A DNA stretch of 63,994 nucleotides, the filler included, from Jimgerdemannia flammicorona (taxonomy: Eukaryota): assembly GCA_003990765.1 (NCBI GenBank). It is 3 parts of 3 records of this genome, joined end to end, with 100 filler letters (N's around TTAATTAATTAA, not from the genome) between each part and the next. Parts side by side here need not be neighbours in the genome. Positions count along the whole stretch, not along the records: positions 1 to 21,394 come from RBNJ01001464.1; 2 more parts are not named here. One strand, 5' to 3'. A program made the translations under genes and the position numbers. Position 1 is the stretch's first letter, and each line of letters begins with the position of its first letter. Below are positions 1 to 13,259 of this stretch, piece after piece. A model generated the notes under the pieces. It ran no database searches. It was not told the origin of the DNA and saw nothing but the letters and a program-made list of their open reading frames with translations.

Positions 1-66
<66 letters not shown>

Positions 67-629
67 GAATAAATAATAACAGTGAGATGAAATAAATATG
101 GCAATAAAATAGATATAGTGATTAGATAGATATGGTAGTAGACAGTAGCAGCAAGATAGATCTATAGATATTAGTTTGGCTATCTTTAAATAAAATATGA
201 AGAATTTGATATTTTATATAAGAAATTTTCTAGTAAAAGTATTACAATAGAGTTATAGATATTAACTTAACTACTTTTACTTAAATATGATAGAGAAAAT
301 TATTGTGACAGAGTCATAGATATTAACTTGACTAAATAAAACTTTTTGATAATATAAAAATGAGATTTATTTATATATAATATAATATTTACCAATAAAA
401 CCATTTAGATCTAAAATTATATATATATGTATAGTAGTTAATAAAGTATTAACTACTACCTTATCTATTATATATATATTATATAATTTGAAGAACTTTC
501 TTAATGATTTTATTTACTATCTTTCTTAGAACTAATATTATTATATTAGATTTAATTTTTATTTTGATATTAGAGTAAGTATAATAAAAAATTAGATATT
601 TATTATTATATAGTAAGTACTAAGTTCTC

Positions 630-2125
630 TGTAAGAGGGTTACTTATTAGGGTAACCATTATGTAGTTCTGGAAGAGTTTTCTGGAAGTTCTGAATATTC
701 TAGAAGACTGTTTTCTTAAGGTCAAGATTAATTTCATATAGAATATATCCTTTATACTTATTGATTTCAAGATTAGATTGACATCTCAACCAAAGTTCTT
801 TTTTAGACTAGTTTTGAATATTCAGGATTTTCCATATTTTAGGAAGTTCAAGAAACTAAGACCAGCTTAGTTGAATTGGCATATCACTGCAGATAATACT
901 AAATTAGAAAATTTCATAATAGGGTTAGAAGTGAGATCTAATAGGAAGCAGATTTACTTAAGAGTAGTTTGTGGGTTATTAAATAGGTTTATTTACTATT
1001 TATGATATTGCTATACTAAGAATAGTTATGTAAAGAGATATTGTAGAAAAGTGTTCAGAAGTATTTTTATATATTTAAGTCTAAGATTCTGAGGTCTAGT
1101 GAAGGGAGTATTTATACTAGTGAGGGGTTATCTGAGCTAAACTAGATATGGATATAGTACTTAGTATCTTGCTTAGTCAGAATACAGTCATATAGTACAA
1201 GTGTGATCTAATATATCAAGAGATCATCTAACTGCTAAGTCAGTTCACAGTTATATTATACAAGGCTAATCTAACTATACTATGACTGCTAAGCTATCTA
1301 TAGATTTAGATATTATCTAGTTAGTCTTTGATAATATCACTATTGATGACATTATCTTTGGTAAAGTCTGAGCAGTTTTCTGACTTCTGACATCATCAGT
1401 TTCAAAGGTATCATCACTTCTATCTCTTGCAAAATTAAGACTATTCTTGGTAGTAGTGGTTATATAAGAATAACAGATCTTGATTCTCTTTTTTTTTTGA
1501 CTATTAGTATATTTGCGAGGACTGACCATCCTTATCTAGGGCAAGAGCTCTCAATGTCACAGCTGGGGGTTTGAACCTCTCAGAAATGATATTTTCTGTA
1601 ATCTGAGGCAATTTCTAGTAGTAATATCTGTTATATAGATAGGCTTGAGATTAGTTTTGACAATATTGACTTTCTTGAGTTCAGATGAAGCATTTATTAT
1701 TCTCTAATGGAGATGATACAGATAGAGCAAACAGGGTTATTCAAATGTGTTTTGCTTCTACTAAGTAATGAGGTCTTATATAGTTGTAATATATCTTAGT
1801 CTTAAGTTAATAAGTATAGTTTATGAATCTTTGATAGATGAGATAGGGTTCTTCTCATCTTAGTTTGAGTTTAGTACTTCAGTTTCATTTTATAATAGTA
1901 TAGTATATCAAAACTAGTTATAGAGGTTCAGAGTCAGTCTTATAGTTATAGTACTTCTTTTGGTATTCTTATATCTTAGTAATAGATTCTCATACTTGCT
2001 GGTATATTTTGTATACATAACTAGGTAATCTCTTTAGTAACTTGTTTTGTAGTCTCATATGTGATTTTCAAATTAGTTCTGAGGATGATATGCAATTTTG
2101 GTAGCTTAGAGATTGTGTACTTACA
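630..2125 (-). repeat. 3' LTR of copy A (LTR type 1, about 1.5 kb)
   Basis: TGTAAG...CTTACA termini, preceded on the minus strand by the PPT AAGAAGGGGAGAG (about 2127-2139). Inverted copy of 11726-13219. Confidence 0.92.
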
Positions 2126-2361
2126 ACTCTCCCCTTCTTAGCTTTTGATGTCCTTATCAAGACCTTCTAATTTTGATCTAGTGTTATTATATCATTTGGA
2201 TAATCAAAAGTCTGATAAAGTCCATTTTTCTCAAAAAGTGATATGCTTATAGTACAGTTGCCTAATATATTGGATTCATATATTAAAGGATCATATGTTC
2301 AATACTATATGCCAGAAGTGATTCTAATGTCATTTACTGCTGAAGAATTTTCTCTAAGAAA

Positions 2362-2399
<38 letters not shown>

Positions 2400-2420
2400 G
2401 TTACTTGGACTCCGTCTTTA

Positions 2421-5400
2421 TTACCAGTCTATGAATAAGTATACAATATCACCACCCACTATCTAATCCCCATAGGGGGGCCCCTCCCCATCTCTTCACA
2501 GATAAAGACCACCCTCCCACCAATGACTCCAACTCTCCCACCACTCTGACTATAGATTTTCACCACCAAGCAGCACCTCTGACCCCCCTGCAGCCCCCAA
2601 CTAAGCCACCAGCCTGTCAAGGTGTCCTCTATAAGACACTGCTACTATGATAATCGGCTCTCCAAGCTCTGTCACCTCTCCTCCTCAAAAACAAATAGCC
2701 AGTGACTGATCAGTCTAACCCAAATAGCCAATACCCAGCCTAAGGTGATCCACTCTACCTCTATCCCTCCCACCAATTGATCCCTCAGGTCCTCCCACCT
2801 CCCCTGTACATCATCTCCCCTATGCCTCACCCCCAAGCGATCTCCAATGGCCCACCAAAAGTCTCCCAATACCTCACACTCTCCTAGCTAATGTTTTGGC
2901 ATCTGTACAAATTCCCCTTTCTGCTCTACATTATGGTACTCCTCACAGTCAAAGCAATCCCCCATGATAAGGTGTCCTGAGTAGAAGTTGAGCATCACAT
3001 TCCTCCTCAGCATATGCCACCAGACCACCTAGTACTTTGGTGGCATCCATTTTTTCACTGTGGCACTCCAGGTCTAAACACTATGCCAGTCCCACTCCTC
3101 TTCAATTCCAACTCCTTGCCAACCACTAGGCCACAGATCCTGGCCCAGTCCTCTTTGGCATTCTACTCTATCACCAAAGTCGAACTCAAGTAAAGGTATG
3201 CTGCCCAGTAGAATACCATCCCATCTCTACATTGCCAGGTCCCAAGCCCTCTCTCCCTCATTCCCTTGCCAGCAAATACCAATGCAGTGTACCCCTTCTG
3301 CTATCCCCTACCAGAAACCTTTATATTGTAATTATACAGTATTCTGAAGTCCAACTAATGAGAGAAGATCACCAGTTGAGCCTCTTGGTGATGACTGCCT
3401 CTCCCAGACCTTCTGCAGCAGGGAAACCCAACCCCCTCTATGCAACTCCACTGCCCTCTTAAGCCATCATGCCCTCAAGCAGTGTAGTCATTTGGGAAAG
3501 TCTACCAGCCCAAGACCACCTCTTGCCACTGGTAGGGCCAAGGTCTCCCAACCAATCTGACTCTGTCTGCCAGCCCAAATCCATCCCTTGGTCACCTTCA
3601 CCAATCTCTTCACCACCCAGGCTGGGAAGTCTAGATGATAAGCCAAATACCACAGCTTCGGCAGTCAGTATACATTCAAGATTGAGATCCTTCCTGCCAG
3701 AGAAAAGTGTCTTCCCCCCCAACCCCACAGATCCTCCTCCCAAATTCCAACTTGCTGCTCCCACCACAGCCTGGGCAGAACAGACCTATAGACTGACAAA
3801 TAGATGCCCAAGTACTACACCACCTCACTAGTGGGGACAATTGTTCCAATAACTTCTCCTCCCACCAGGCTATTGCCCAGCACTATTGTTTCACACTTAT
3901 GCCAATTCAGCTTCACCCCAGAGTACTCCTCATACCACTCCACTGTCTTCTTGAGCTCCTCAACATCAGAAATCACTCCCAAACCAACCACCATGTCATC
4001 TGCAAAGGCTCCAACTTTCCAGCCAATGCCATAGATAGAGAGCCCCATTATCCTCTGCTGAATTCTATCCATTAGGGGTTCCAAGGAAAGAGCATACAAA
4101 ATGGGGGACAGTGGGTCCCCCTGGAGCACTCCCCTACCCAGAGGGAATGCTATCCCTCTATGCCCATTATACATGAGTGCAGCCCTACTCCCTTCCAGTA
4201 GGCTGACCATTGCCACCTGAAATCGGACTGGAACCTCAATCCTATCTAACACTTTTGCCAGCCAGACTTATTGCACCTGGTCATAAGCCTTCTCCTGGTC
4301 CAAGAAGACAAGATGCCCATCCAGTCTACAGGCTCTAGCACCTTCAATAACTCCATGTATCCAGGCTGTACTATCTCTAATAAGCTGACCCCCTACAAAG
4401 CCCCTCTGCTTGACACCCACAATTTGCTGGGCTACCTTCTGTAGCCTTACAACCACCACCTTAGTCACCAACTTTCTGTCCATATCTAGCAACATTATTG
4501 GCCACCAGTTCTTCCAATCCTCTCGTCTTCCTTTGTTCTTATAAAGCAGCATCACCAGCCCAAGATCCTGCTTCCCCACCCATCTCCCTGACTATAATAT
4601 AAAGTCACACAGTGCCATCAACTCCCCCAACATACCTGGGACTCCAACCATTCACTTCCAGAAGTCCCAGGGTAGGCCATTCTCCCCAGGTGCCATACCT
4701 GAGGCTATCATGGTAAGAACCTGGTGGATCTCATCCTCCTTTATAGGCATCACCAGGTCATCTAGTCCCTCAACTTGTGGTGGGTGCCAATCCTCTAATG
4801 TTCGGTCAATGGCTGTAGCATCTGCCCCACCCTCCTCCTCACTCCACAATCTACTCCATTGCTCCTTCAGCAATCCAAGGATATCCTGTACACCATGCAC
4901 TAGTACACCATCTGAGTCCAGTACCCCTTCCCACCACTGCTGTACCCTTCTCACTCTAAGCATCCTTGTGAGAAACTTAGAAGGCCTCTCTCCTTCCTCC
5001 AGCCCCTGCCAACAAAGCCATGCCACCAGGCCTTGCATCCTTGCCTCTTTCTCTTCTTGCAGCATCTGTTGTAGTTCCCCAACCTCCATCTTCACCCTCA
5101 TTGTTCTCCAATCCTCATCCCTCTCCACTATTACCAGTCTCACCCACTCCTCCAGGAGCCTAGCCAATCTAGTAGAAGCCCAATACACTCTCTGCCTTCA
5201 CTGCTTCCCAGCCTCTCTACTAGCCTCACTCCAGTACATCCTGGCCATCTCTTTCATCCTCATCCACCAAACCCCAATTAAGGCCCCTTCCTGCTGCCAG
5301 TTCTCTACCTTCAGCTGAATGTCTTTAGCCCACTCCTCCCACCAGGACTCATCATCTAACAAGGAGGAATTTAGGTACCAATGTCCAGACCCATCTCCAC

Positions 5401-6115
5401 TTCCCCCAAAACACCCCTGTCTCAAAAGGCCCCAGTGATCTGACCATAGACACCATTCCATCTCTAGCATCTTCCAAACATCACAGCCCCAACAGTTGGC
5501 TGTCAGAATCCAGTCAATCCTTGTCCCCAGGCCTCCAGCCCAATGTGTATATACCCTCCTGTCTCCCCAGTACTCCCTACCAGTATCTATCAGTACTCCT
5601 AGTCTTTTGACTTCCTCTCACATCACCAGCCCCCCACTCCTGCTCTCAACACCCCATCCTCCATCAGTTCTATCCAACTGTAAATTCTGAACCATATTGA
5701 AATCTCCCCCAAGCACATCCACCCCAGCCTCAGCAAGGATCTCACTCTCCTGGAGCCCTTTCATCCAATCTACACATTCCCCTCATATGGCAGGGCAGTA
5801 GTAGGAGCCAACTATAACTGGCTCCCAGCCTGCATGAATCCACTCACCCCAGACCAGTCTCTCCCCCCAGCTTCTCATATCTCTTATCTTCCCTCTGTCT
5901 TTCTGAACCAGAATCCCAACCTTGCTGTTCCAAATCGCCATGCCACCCCATTTCTTTGTCCATTCCATCCTATCATAATCATCCTCACACCTGATATCCT
6001 GCAAGAGGAAGAGATCAGCCTCCAATCTCTTCAGCTAAACAAAAATATTCCTACATCTAACAGCGCCCCATAGCCTATTCACATTCAAAGAAAAAATGTT
6101 GGTTGTACTATTCAT
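2421..6115 (-). pseudogene. LINE ORF2: AP endonuclease + reverse transcriptase + C-terminal Cys/His region
   Basis: APE motifs (IFSLNVN, FLLQD, GGDFN-like, SDH); RT motifs LDQEKAYD, GVLQGDPLSPILY, AFADD. Several in-frame stops. Confidence 0.92.
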
Positions 6116-6145
6116 AATGAAATACGATTTGTTCTCAGTTGATCC

Positions 6146-8170
6146 CTACTGCTCTATGCTCATCTCCTCCTGTACTATGTCCAGATTATATTCTGCCATC
6201 ACCTCCTCCTCTTCAGCCCTCTGAGCCTCCAATCCAGCCAACAGCTCATTCATCTCCTCATCAGCCTTCTCCTCAAACTCCTCTCTGTACTCGATGCAAG
6301 CCTCCTGCCAAAGCTGCAACCCATGATACTTGTTCCAACAGTACTCAGCCCTCTCCCCAGCAATAACCACTATCTCTACCTCTCACTTCTTGTCCACCTC
6401 ATACCCTTCCTCCTCTAGATATACTGTGAGAATTTCCACCTTCAGTGCCAACACCACTCCTTCCCCCTACAAAACTCTTGCCTAGTACTCATCACTCATC
6501 ACATATAGGTCCACCTCCCCCAACTCTTCTGCCACCAGGTTATTCATCATCCTGCATATCCAAAGTAGGTTCTCCACCTCCTTCCCACCAGGGGTCGCCA
6601 GCCTCCCTCCATCAAGCATTGTGGTGTCAGCTCTGGCACTCGCATCCTCATCCCACACCTCTGGGACATCCACCAGTTCCTCCTCCCCGGCTGCCACTAC
6701 ATGACCCCCATTCATCATCTCTGGAATGCTGAATTTCACCTGCTGGGTCCCCAGTATTGTTATGTCCTCCCCAGTCTTGTTTCTGGAAGCCAGGCCATGC
6801 CTGATAAGAGGAGAAGGAGTGGGGGAGTCCTCCCAGACCTCTTCCCAAACCTCCAAGGTGCCATCAGCATATGGGTCAATAATCTTCACCTCTTTCACCT
6901 TCCCTGTCTCCACCCCATCATTCCCACTTCTCTTGCTAGCCCAGATGCTCACTTTGGCCCCTTTTACACTTGTCTTCTTGCTTGCATCCTTCTGTGGTCT
7001 GCCCTCCAGTGTAGCCAACAGATCCTTCTGTCTCTTCCACCCCTGAGCCCTTTCCCACTGCACCTTGTTCATTTGAATCCTCTTTCCATCCACCACCTCC
7101 AGGTGTGTCAACTCCTTGAAAGCCTTCCAGGCCTTCACTCGCTGCTCCACAGCCCCATCCAGTTCTTCTAGTACTTCCAATAAATCTTCTTCCTCCTCTT
7201 TACTTCCTTTCACTCTCATCACCTTGCACAAGATTACTCCCCAAACCATCACCAAAGGCCAGTCCCTCGCCTTCTCAGTAGCTTCTTTCCCAGCCAGCTG
7301 AATCCTCACATCCACATCTCCAGTCCTGAGCATGGTCCCTTCCCAGACCCTGAATCTGATATCCACCACCTTGCTATACTCCACCATGACATCCTCAACT
7401 CTGTTTCTTGTCTCCATTATTGTCACCATAGGCACTCCTTTCACCAGTAGTTGGACCACCCTCAGATCCCATTTCAAATACCTCACCATTGGAACACACA
7501 TCTCCCCAACCACCAACCCAATCTTCAGTGCCTCCTCCAGTGGCTCAGTCTCCTCAAAACCGACCTCCACACCCTCCAGTCCCTTCAGAAACTTCACCGA
7601 AGCAACTCCTGCCACCTACTTAGCAATAAGCCCCAGTATCATTTTTACTGTCACCACTAAGCCCCTGAAGCACAGTGTAACTGCGAATACCAAGATTGAT
7701 TTCTTGAGTAATGGGGCCACCGCCAGGTCCATCATACTATCCACCAAATCCCCTTGTCTTCCAAGCCCCAGTTGCTCAGTCTTGCCAACAGCTGTCACAT
7801 CTGGATTTTTTTCCAGATTAGCAGTCCTGCCACCATCAGCAGTCACACTCCCCCCAGCCACTATATCTCCAGCTTCACTGCCTCCCCTTCCAAGGGCCAC
7901 TCCCCCATGCACTGCCACCTTCTCAGTCTCCTTGCCCCTCTTCAGCCAGCTCTCCAGCCCTGATGCCTGCTGCCTCCCCTTCACCATCTCTGCAAAGCTT
8001 GTCCTCCCAGACCCCTGTCCTCTACCAGTACCTCTACCCCTTCCTTGCCCTCCCACCAGCAGCCCCCTCATACCTCCCCCCAGGCCTGGACCCCTCCCAA
8101 CTTGCTGCCATTCGAAAGCACTTGGGCTGCCCTGCCTAGTACATATCTCAGCTTGCCTATTAGTTGCTAT
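6146..8170 (-). pseudogene. LINE ORF1 (Gly-rich N-terminus, central folded domain, charged C-terminus)
   Basis: Consecutive ORF pieces 7616-8071, 6482-7615 and 6146-6370 upstream of ORF2. The SFA(E/D)xVKG motif is shared with the ORF at 21122. Confidence 0.8.
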
Positions 8171-11100
8171 GTTATTAGTCTCTTTACTCCAAAAATGATG
8201 TCATGAGTGCCTTCCAAAGGTTGTGTAACCTGAATGGTACCAGAGAAAGATGTCTAAGGAATCTTCTTAAATGTCTATATCTTATTTCCTATCAGTGGTA
8301 TAGAGAGAATAAGCTGGCTTTCAGTTTTGCTATTTTTCTAGAGAGTCAGTATTCTTTTATCTTAACTTGCTGAGTTCTTGATTTTGTTCATGATAATTAT
8401 AATATTCAGAAGAGTAATATATAGTATGTACTGATAGTTATAGAAGTGTTCAGGTTTTAGTTGCTTAAGGAATCATATTCCTGAACTAAGTCAGTAGCAT
8501 TCTGGAGATTGGTCTTGAGTTCCCATGTCACATCATAGATCAGATAACCTTTCTATTTGACAAGATACTCAGAATAGTTCTTATAGCTATATTTGTTGAG
8601 GATTTGTTCAACTTCATATTCTTCTTGATCATTAATAATAATAGATATAGGTGGTTCTGTGGTTCAGTTTGGGAATAGCTCATTGTTATTTTCATTATAT
8701 CACTTAAGACATTAAACATTGAAGACTGGGTAAATCTTAATAGTATATATCTGATAGTACTAATTTGTAGAAAATTAGAGAGACTTGTGCAATAACTTCA
8801 AATAGTTTAATAAATTTGCTGTTCAGCTTTATAGATGGTCTGTACTTGAGGTTATCAACTCAGTATCCTCAAATATCCAATAGAACCTTTTCTCTGATAT
8901 TGAAAGTTTCTTCTTGATAGTATTGGTTAATATACTGTGACTGTTGTTCTTGGGCTTGCAATAAATTCTCAATGGCAATCTGGCTTAAGTTGTATATTTA
9001 GAGTAGGAATTCTTCAACAACTTCAATTGTGGAGGGTTCATCAGTAGTTTGGATAAGTGTCAGGAGGGTATTCAGATTTTGTTCTATATTGATAAAGAAT
9101 GAAATCATTCTAAGAGAGGCTTGCTTACTATTATTGTAGACAAACTCAACTATAGTGAGGTATTCATATCAATCATCTTGTCTGTAGAAAATATAGTTTC
9201 TTAGTATTTGTTCCAGAGTTTGGTTCATTCTTTCAGTTTGGCTATTAGTTTTAGAGTAAAAGACTGTAGATAGTACAAGCTTTATTTCAAGATATATATG
9301 AAGGGCTTTCCAAAAATGACTGGTGAATTTTGGATCTCAATCACTAACAATGATCTTAGAAAGACCATGATATTGGAAGATGTTGTCAAACAAGAGTGTA
9401 GCTATGTCTGATGCTATTGTGGTAGTAGTAGTTGGCATAAAGTGGAGTTGTTTACTGAGATAGTCTATAAAGACAATAATTGCATCTTTCCTATTCTTGG
9501 TTCAGAGTAGTTGTACAATAAAGTCTATAGAAATTTGTTTCCAATTAGTAGATAGTACTGGAATGGAGTGGAGTAGGCTAGGTTTTACTAGTATTGAGGA
9601 CTTGTTGCATTGGTAGGCATTATAGAAAGTAATGTAGATCTTTAGCTAATCTGCTATATGGGACCAATAGAAGTTTTGAGAAATAACTTTATAATATTTG
9701 TCAAATCCTAAATATCTAGCTATAGGGACATTATGACATTCAAATAGGATAGTCCTTCAGAGGTCTCAGTTGTTTGGAATATACAATCTATTCTTATAGT
9801 AGATAGTATTATCCTTCAGTTAATATTGATGATACTAGGTATACTTGTTAGTATTATTACTACTTAGGATTTCTCAGAGTACTTGAGCTTCCTTATCATC
9901 AGTACATACTGTGATAATTTGTTCTATAATAGAGTTTGTAACCAAGGTGAGAGTTTGGATAACTTCTTTAATTGGTGGTCTGGAGATTGCATCAGCAATA
10001 ATATTTTTCTTACTAGAGCAATACTAAATTTCATAGTCAAAGTTGGTGAGAACTTTCATCTATCTGGCTTGCTTTTGAGAAAGAGTAGTCTGGATCTTGA
10101 TGTTAACTAATAACTTGTGGTCAGTCAATACAATGAAGTATACTTCTTTTAAGTATAGTATTTTCTTCTTATAAGTTATGTAGTTGATTTCAGCATTATT
10201 GAACTTATAAGAGTAATAGACCACAGGGTATCTTTCTTGTATGAGTACTGCTTTAAGAGCTAGATCAGAGATATTAGTAGTAACTTCATATAGTAGAGCA
10301 GAATTTGCCACTTAAAGTACTGGAGTAGTTATTAAGATATCTTTCAGTGTTTGAAAGGTTGTATCTTATTCAGGTCTCCAATTTACAAGATTGTTGAAGT
10401 CTTTCTCTTGTTTTATAGTTTAGGGCTGTTTTTCTTTCTTACTGTACTTGGTCATTTAGGTAAGGGCAGTAGAAATCTTGGCAAAGTTGATAACAAATTG
10501 CTTGTAATAGTTTGCTAATCTCAGAAATAACTAAAGGTCTTTTAGCTTCTTAGGTCTGAGTCAATTCTTGATTACAGAGATTTTGCTAGAGTCTACTTTG
10601 ATTTCATTAGGTGTAATAATATGTCTAAGAAATTGAATTTTCTTTAGAAGGAATTCACATTTGCTAAGTTTTGCAAAGAGTCAGTTTTCTTAGAGTTTCA
10701 GTAGTACTAGTTCAAGATGTTCAAGATGTTCTTTTAGAGTTTTGCTGAAGACTAAGATATCATCAATATAGATAATAACAAATTTGTCCAGATATGGGTA
10801 CAGAATGGTATTCATCAGTATCTGAAAAGTTATAGAAGCATTAGTTAAGCCAAAAGACATAACTAAGAACTCAAAATGTCTATAGCAAGTTCAGAAGACT
10901 GTCTTGTAGATGTCTTCTTCTTTTATGATAATTTGCCAATAATCATTTTGCAGATCAAAAGAGCTCATGAATTGTGGGTTAGTCAATCTATTGAATATTT
11001 TATTGATTCAGAGTAGTGGGTAATAGTTCTAGATGGTCTGTTTATTAAGATCACAATAATCAATATATATTTATAGATCTCCTCTTTTCTTGACAACAAA

Positions 11101-11725
11101 GAAGACTGGTGTACTATAGGGTGATACACTAAGTCTAATGAATTCTTGTTCTAGGAGTTCATCAATCTTTTTCTTGAGTATATCAATTTCTCTCAGAGAT
11201 ATATAATAGATTGACTTAAAGGTGGGCTTGACATCTGGGATAGTCTTGATGGCATGGCCTACTACTTGTTTAGATAGTAGGTCTTTTGGGAGTTTCTTTG
11301 GAAATATGTCTTAGAATTTCTAGAGTAGGGGTCTAATATGACTGTCAACTTTGGAAAAGTCTTTCTTAAGAGTTTTGGGTTCTCCTTTGGATGAGCAGAT
11401 AGAGATAGCAAAGAGAGGGTATTTTTTGGTCAATTTTTTGAGTTGTAACTTGTTGATGTAAGTGATCTTTAGTCCAGGATTGCTAGAACTAAGCAGGTCT
11501 TTTTTATCTTGTAGTTTGAAGCTGTGGTATTCTTTTTTAATAGTCAGAGAATAGTTTACCCAATCAATCATGGGGTTTTCTTATTTTAACCATAGAGTTC
11601 CAAGGATGATTTCATTGTCAGGAAGTGATACAATCTGGAGAGTAATATATACTCAGTAGTTATCAATTTAGAAGGGTAGATTGTGAACTTTCTTACTAAT
11701 GATATATGAGGTTCTATCAGCTGTG

Positions 11726-13219
11726 TATAAGTGCACAACCTCCAAGCCACCAAAATCACATGTCATCCTCAGAACTAATTTGGAAACCACATGTGAGACT
11801 ACAAAATAAGTTACTGAAGAGATTATCTGGTTATACAAAATATGCCAGTAAGTATGAGAACCCACTACCAAGATACAAGAATACTAGAAGAAGTACTATA
11901 ACCATAAGACCAACTCTGAACTGCTATAACTAGTTTGGTATACTGTACTATTACAAAAGAAAACCAGAAGTACCAAACTCAAATTGAGATAAGAAGAACC
12001 CTATCTCATCTATCAAAAGGTTCACAAACTATACTTATCAAACTCAAGACCAAGATACACTATGACTATACAAGATATCATTACTTAGCAGAAGTAAAAC
12101 ACATTTAAACAACTCTGTTTGCTCTATCTATATCACCTCTGTTAGAGAGTAACAGACACTTCATCTGAACTCAAGAAAGCTGACATTGTTGAAACCAATC
12201 TCAAGCCATCCACGTGACAGATATTACTACTAGAAATTACCTCAGATTATAGAAAATATCATTTCCAAGAGGTTCAAATCTCCAGCCATAACATTAGGAG
12301 CCCTCATCCTAGACAAGAATGGCCAGTCCTCGCAAATACACCAGCAGACCAAAAAAAAAGAGAACCAACATCTGTTAACCTTGTGCAACTACCACAACCA
12401 AGAACAGTCTCAATCTTATAAGAGATAGAAGTGACAACACCTTGGAAACTGATGATGTCAGAAGTCAGAAAAATATTCAGACTTTGCTAGTAATGATGTC
12501 ATTAATAGTAATGTCATCAAAGACTAACCAGACAGCATCTAAACCTATAAATAGCTTAGCAGTCATAGTATAGTTAGATTAGCCTTATATAACATGACTG
12601 TGAACTGACTCAGTAGTCAGATGATCTCTTGATATGTCAGATCACACTTATACTACATAACTGTATTCTGACTCAGCAAGGCACTAAGTACTATATCTAT
12701 ATTTAGCATAGTCCAGATAGCCCCTCACTAGTATAAATACCCTCTCCCCCAGACCTCAGAATCTCAGACCTGAACAATCCAAACACACTTCTGAATACTT
12801 TTTCACAATATCCCTTTACAGAACTACTCCTAGTATAGCAATATCATGAATAGTGAATAAACCTATTTGATAACCCACAAACCACTCTTAAGTAAATCCG
12901 CTCCTCATTAGGTCCCACTCCTAACCCCATTACAAAATTTCCTAATTGGGTATTGTCTGCAGCGATATGCCGATTCAACTAAGCTGGTCTTAGTTTCTTG
13001 AACTTCCTGAAATATGGAAAATCCTGAACATCCAGAACTAGTCCAAAAAAGGACTTTGGTTGAGACATCAACCTAATCTTGAAATCAATAAGTATAGAGG
13101 ATATACTCCATATGAAATTGATCTTGACCTTAAGAAAATGGTCTTTCAGAACATCCAGAACTTCCAGAAAACCCTTCCAGAACTATGTAACAGTTACTCT
13201 AAAAAGTAACCCTCTTACA
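11726..13219 (+). repeat. 5' LTR of copy B (type 1)
   Basis: T(A)TAAG...CTTACA termini, TATA box GTATAAATACC at about 12731, AATAAA at about 12855, followed by a PBS. Confidence 0.9.
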
Positions 13220-13222
13220 ACT

Positions 13223-13234
13223 TGATAGCAGTGG
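13223..13234 (+). promoter_or_regulatory. Primer-binding site, probably initiator tRNA-Met
   Basis: TGATAGCAGTGG here and TGGTAGCAGCAG in copy C (28560-28571, minus) give a consensus TGGTAGCAGCGG. This is complementary to a CCA 3' end with an A1:U72 AGCAGCG acceptor stem, typical of initiator tRNA. Confidence 0.65.
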
Positions 13235-13259
13235 TTTACAATCTAATTCTGCTTCAAGA

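Larger units (their letters stand above)
2364..8252 (-). mobile_element. Full-length non-LTR retrotransposon (L1/Tx1-like LINE), degenerate
   Basis: Poly(A) tail seen as a T-run at about 2364-2397. 13-bp TSD TCTAAG(A/G)AATCTT at 2353-2365 and 8253-8265. ORF1 and ORF2 remnants. Confidence 0.93.
630..11725 (-). mobile_element. Ty3/gypsy chromovirus copy A (3' LTR plus RT-RNaseH-integrase-chromodomain remnant), split by a LINE and cut in the protease region by copy B
   Basis: 8253-11725 and 2126-2363 are reverse-complement homologous to copy B (about 16015-19735). Many transition-derived stops. PPT and LTR at the left end. Confidence 0.92.

Noticed and set aside
1..629. Poly(A) run and AT-rich sequence with a short imperfect duplication
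   Set aside because: Too decayed to assign; the poly(A) is at the contig edge.
3232..8198. Long Ser/Pro/Thr-rich plus-strand ORFs (e.g. 4710-5318, 7332-8198)
   Set aside because: Antisense shadows of the purine-rich LINE ORFs.
630..13219. 1.5-kb inverted repeats flanking ~9.6 kb, resembling a giant TIR element
   Set aside because: They are the 3' LTR of A and the 5' LTR of B, each with its own PPT or PBS; B is nested in A in the opposite orientation.
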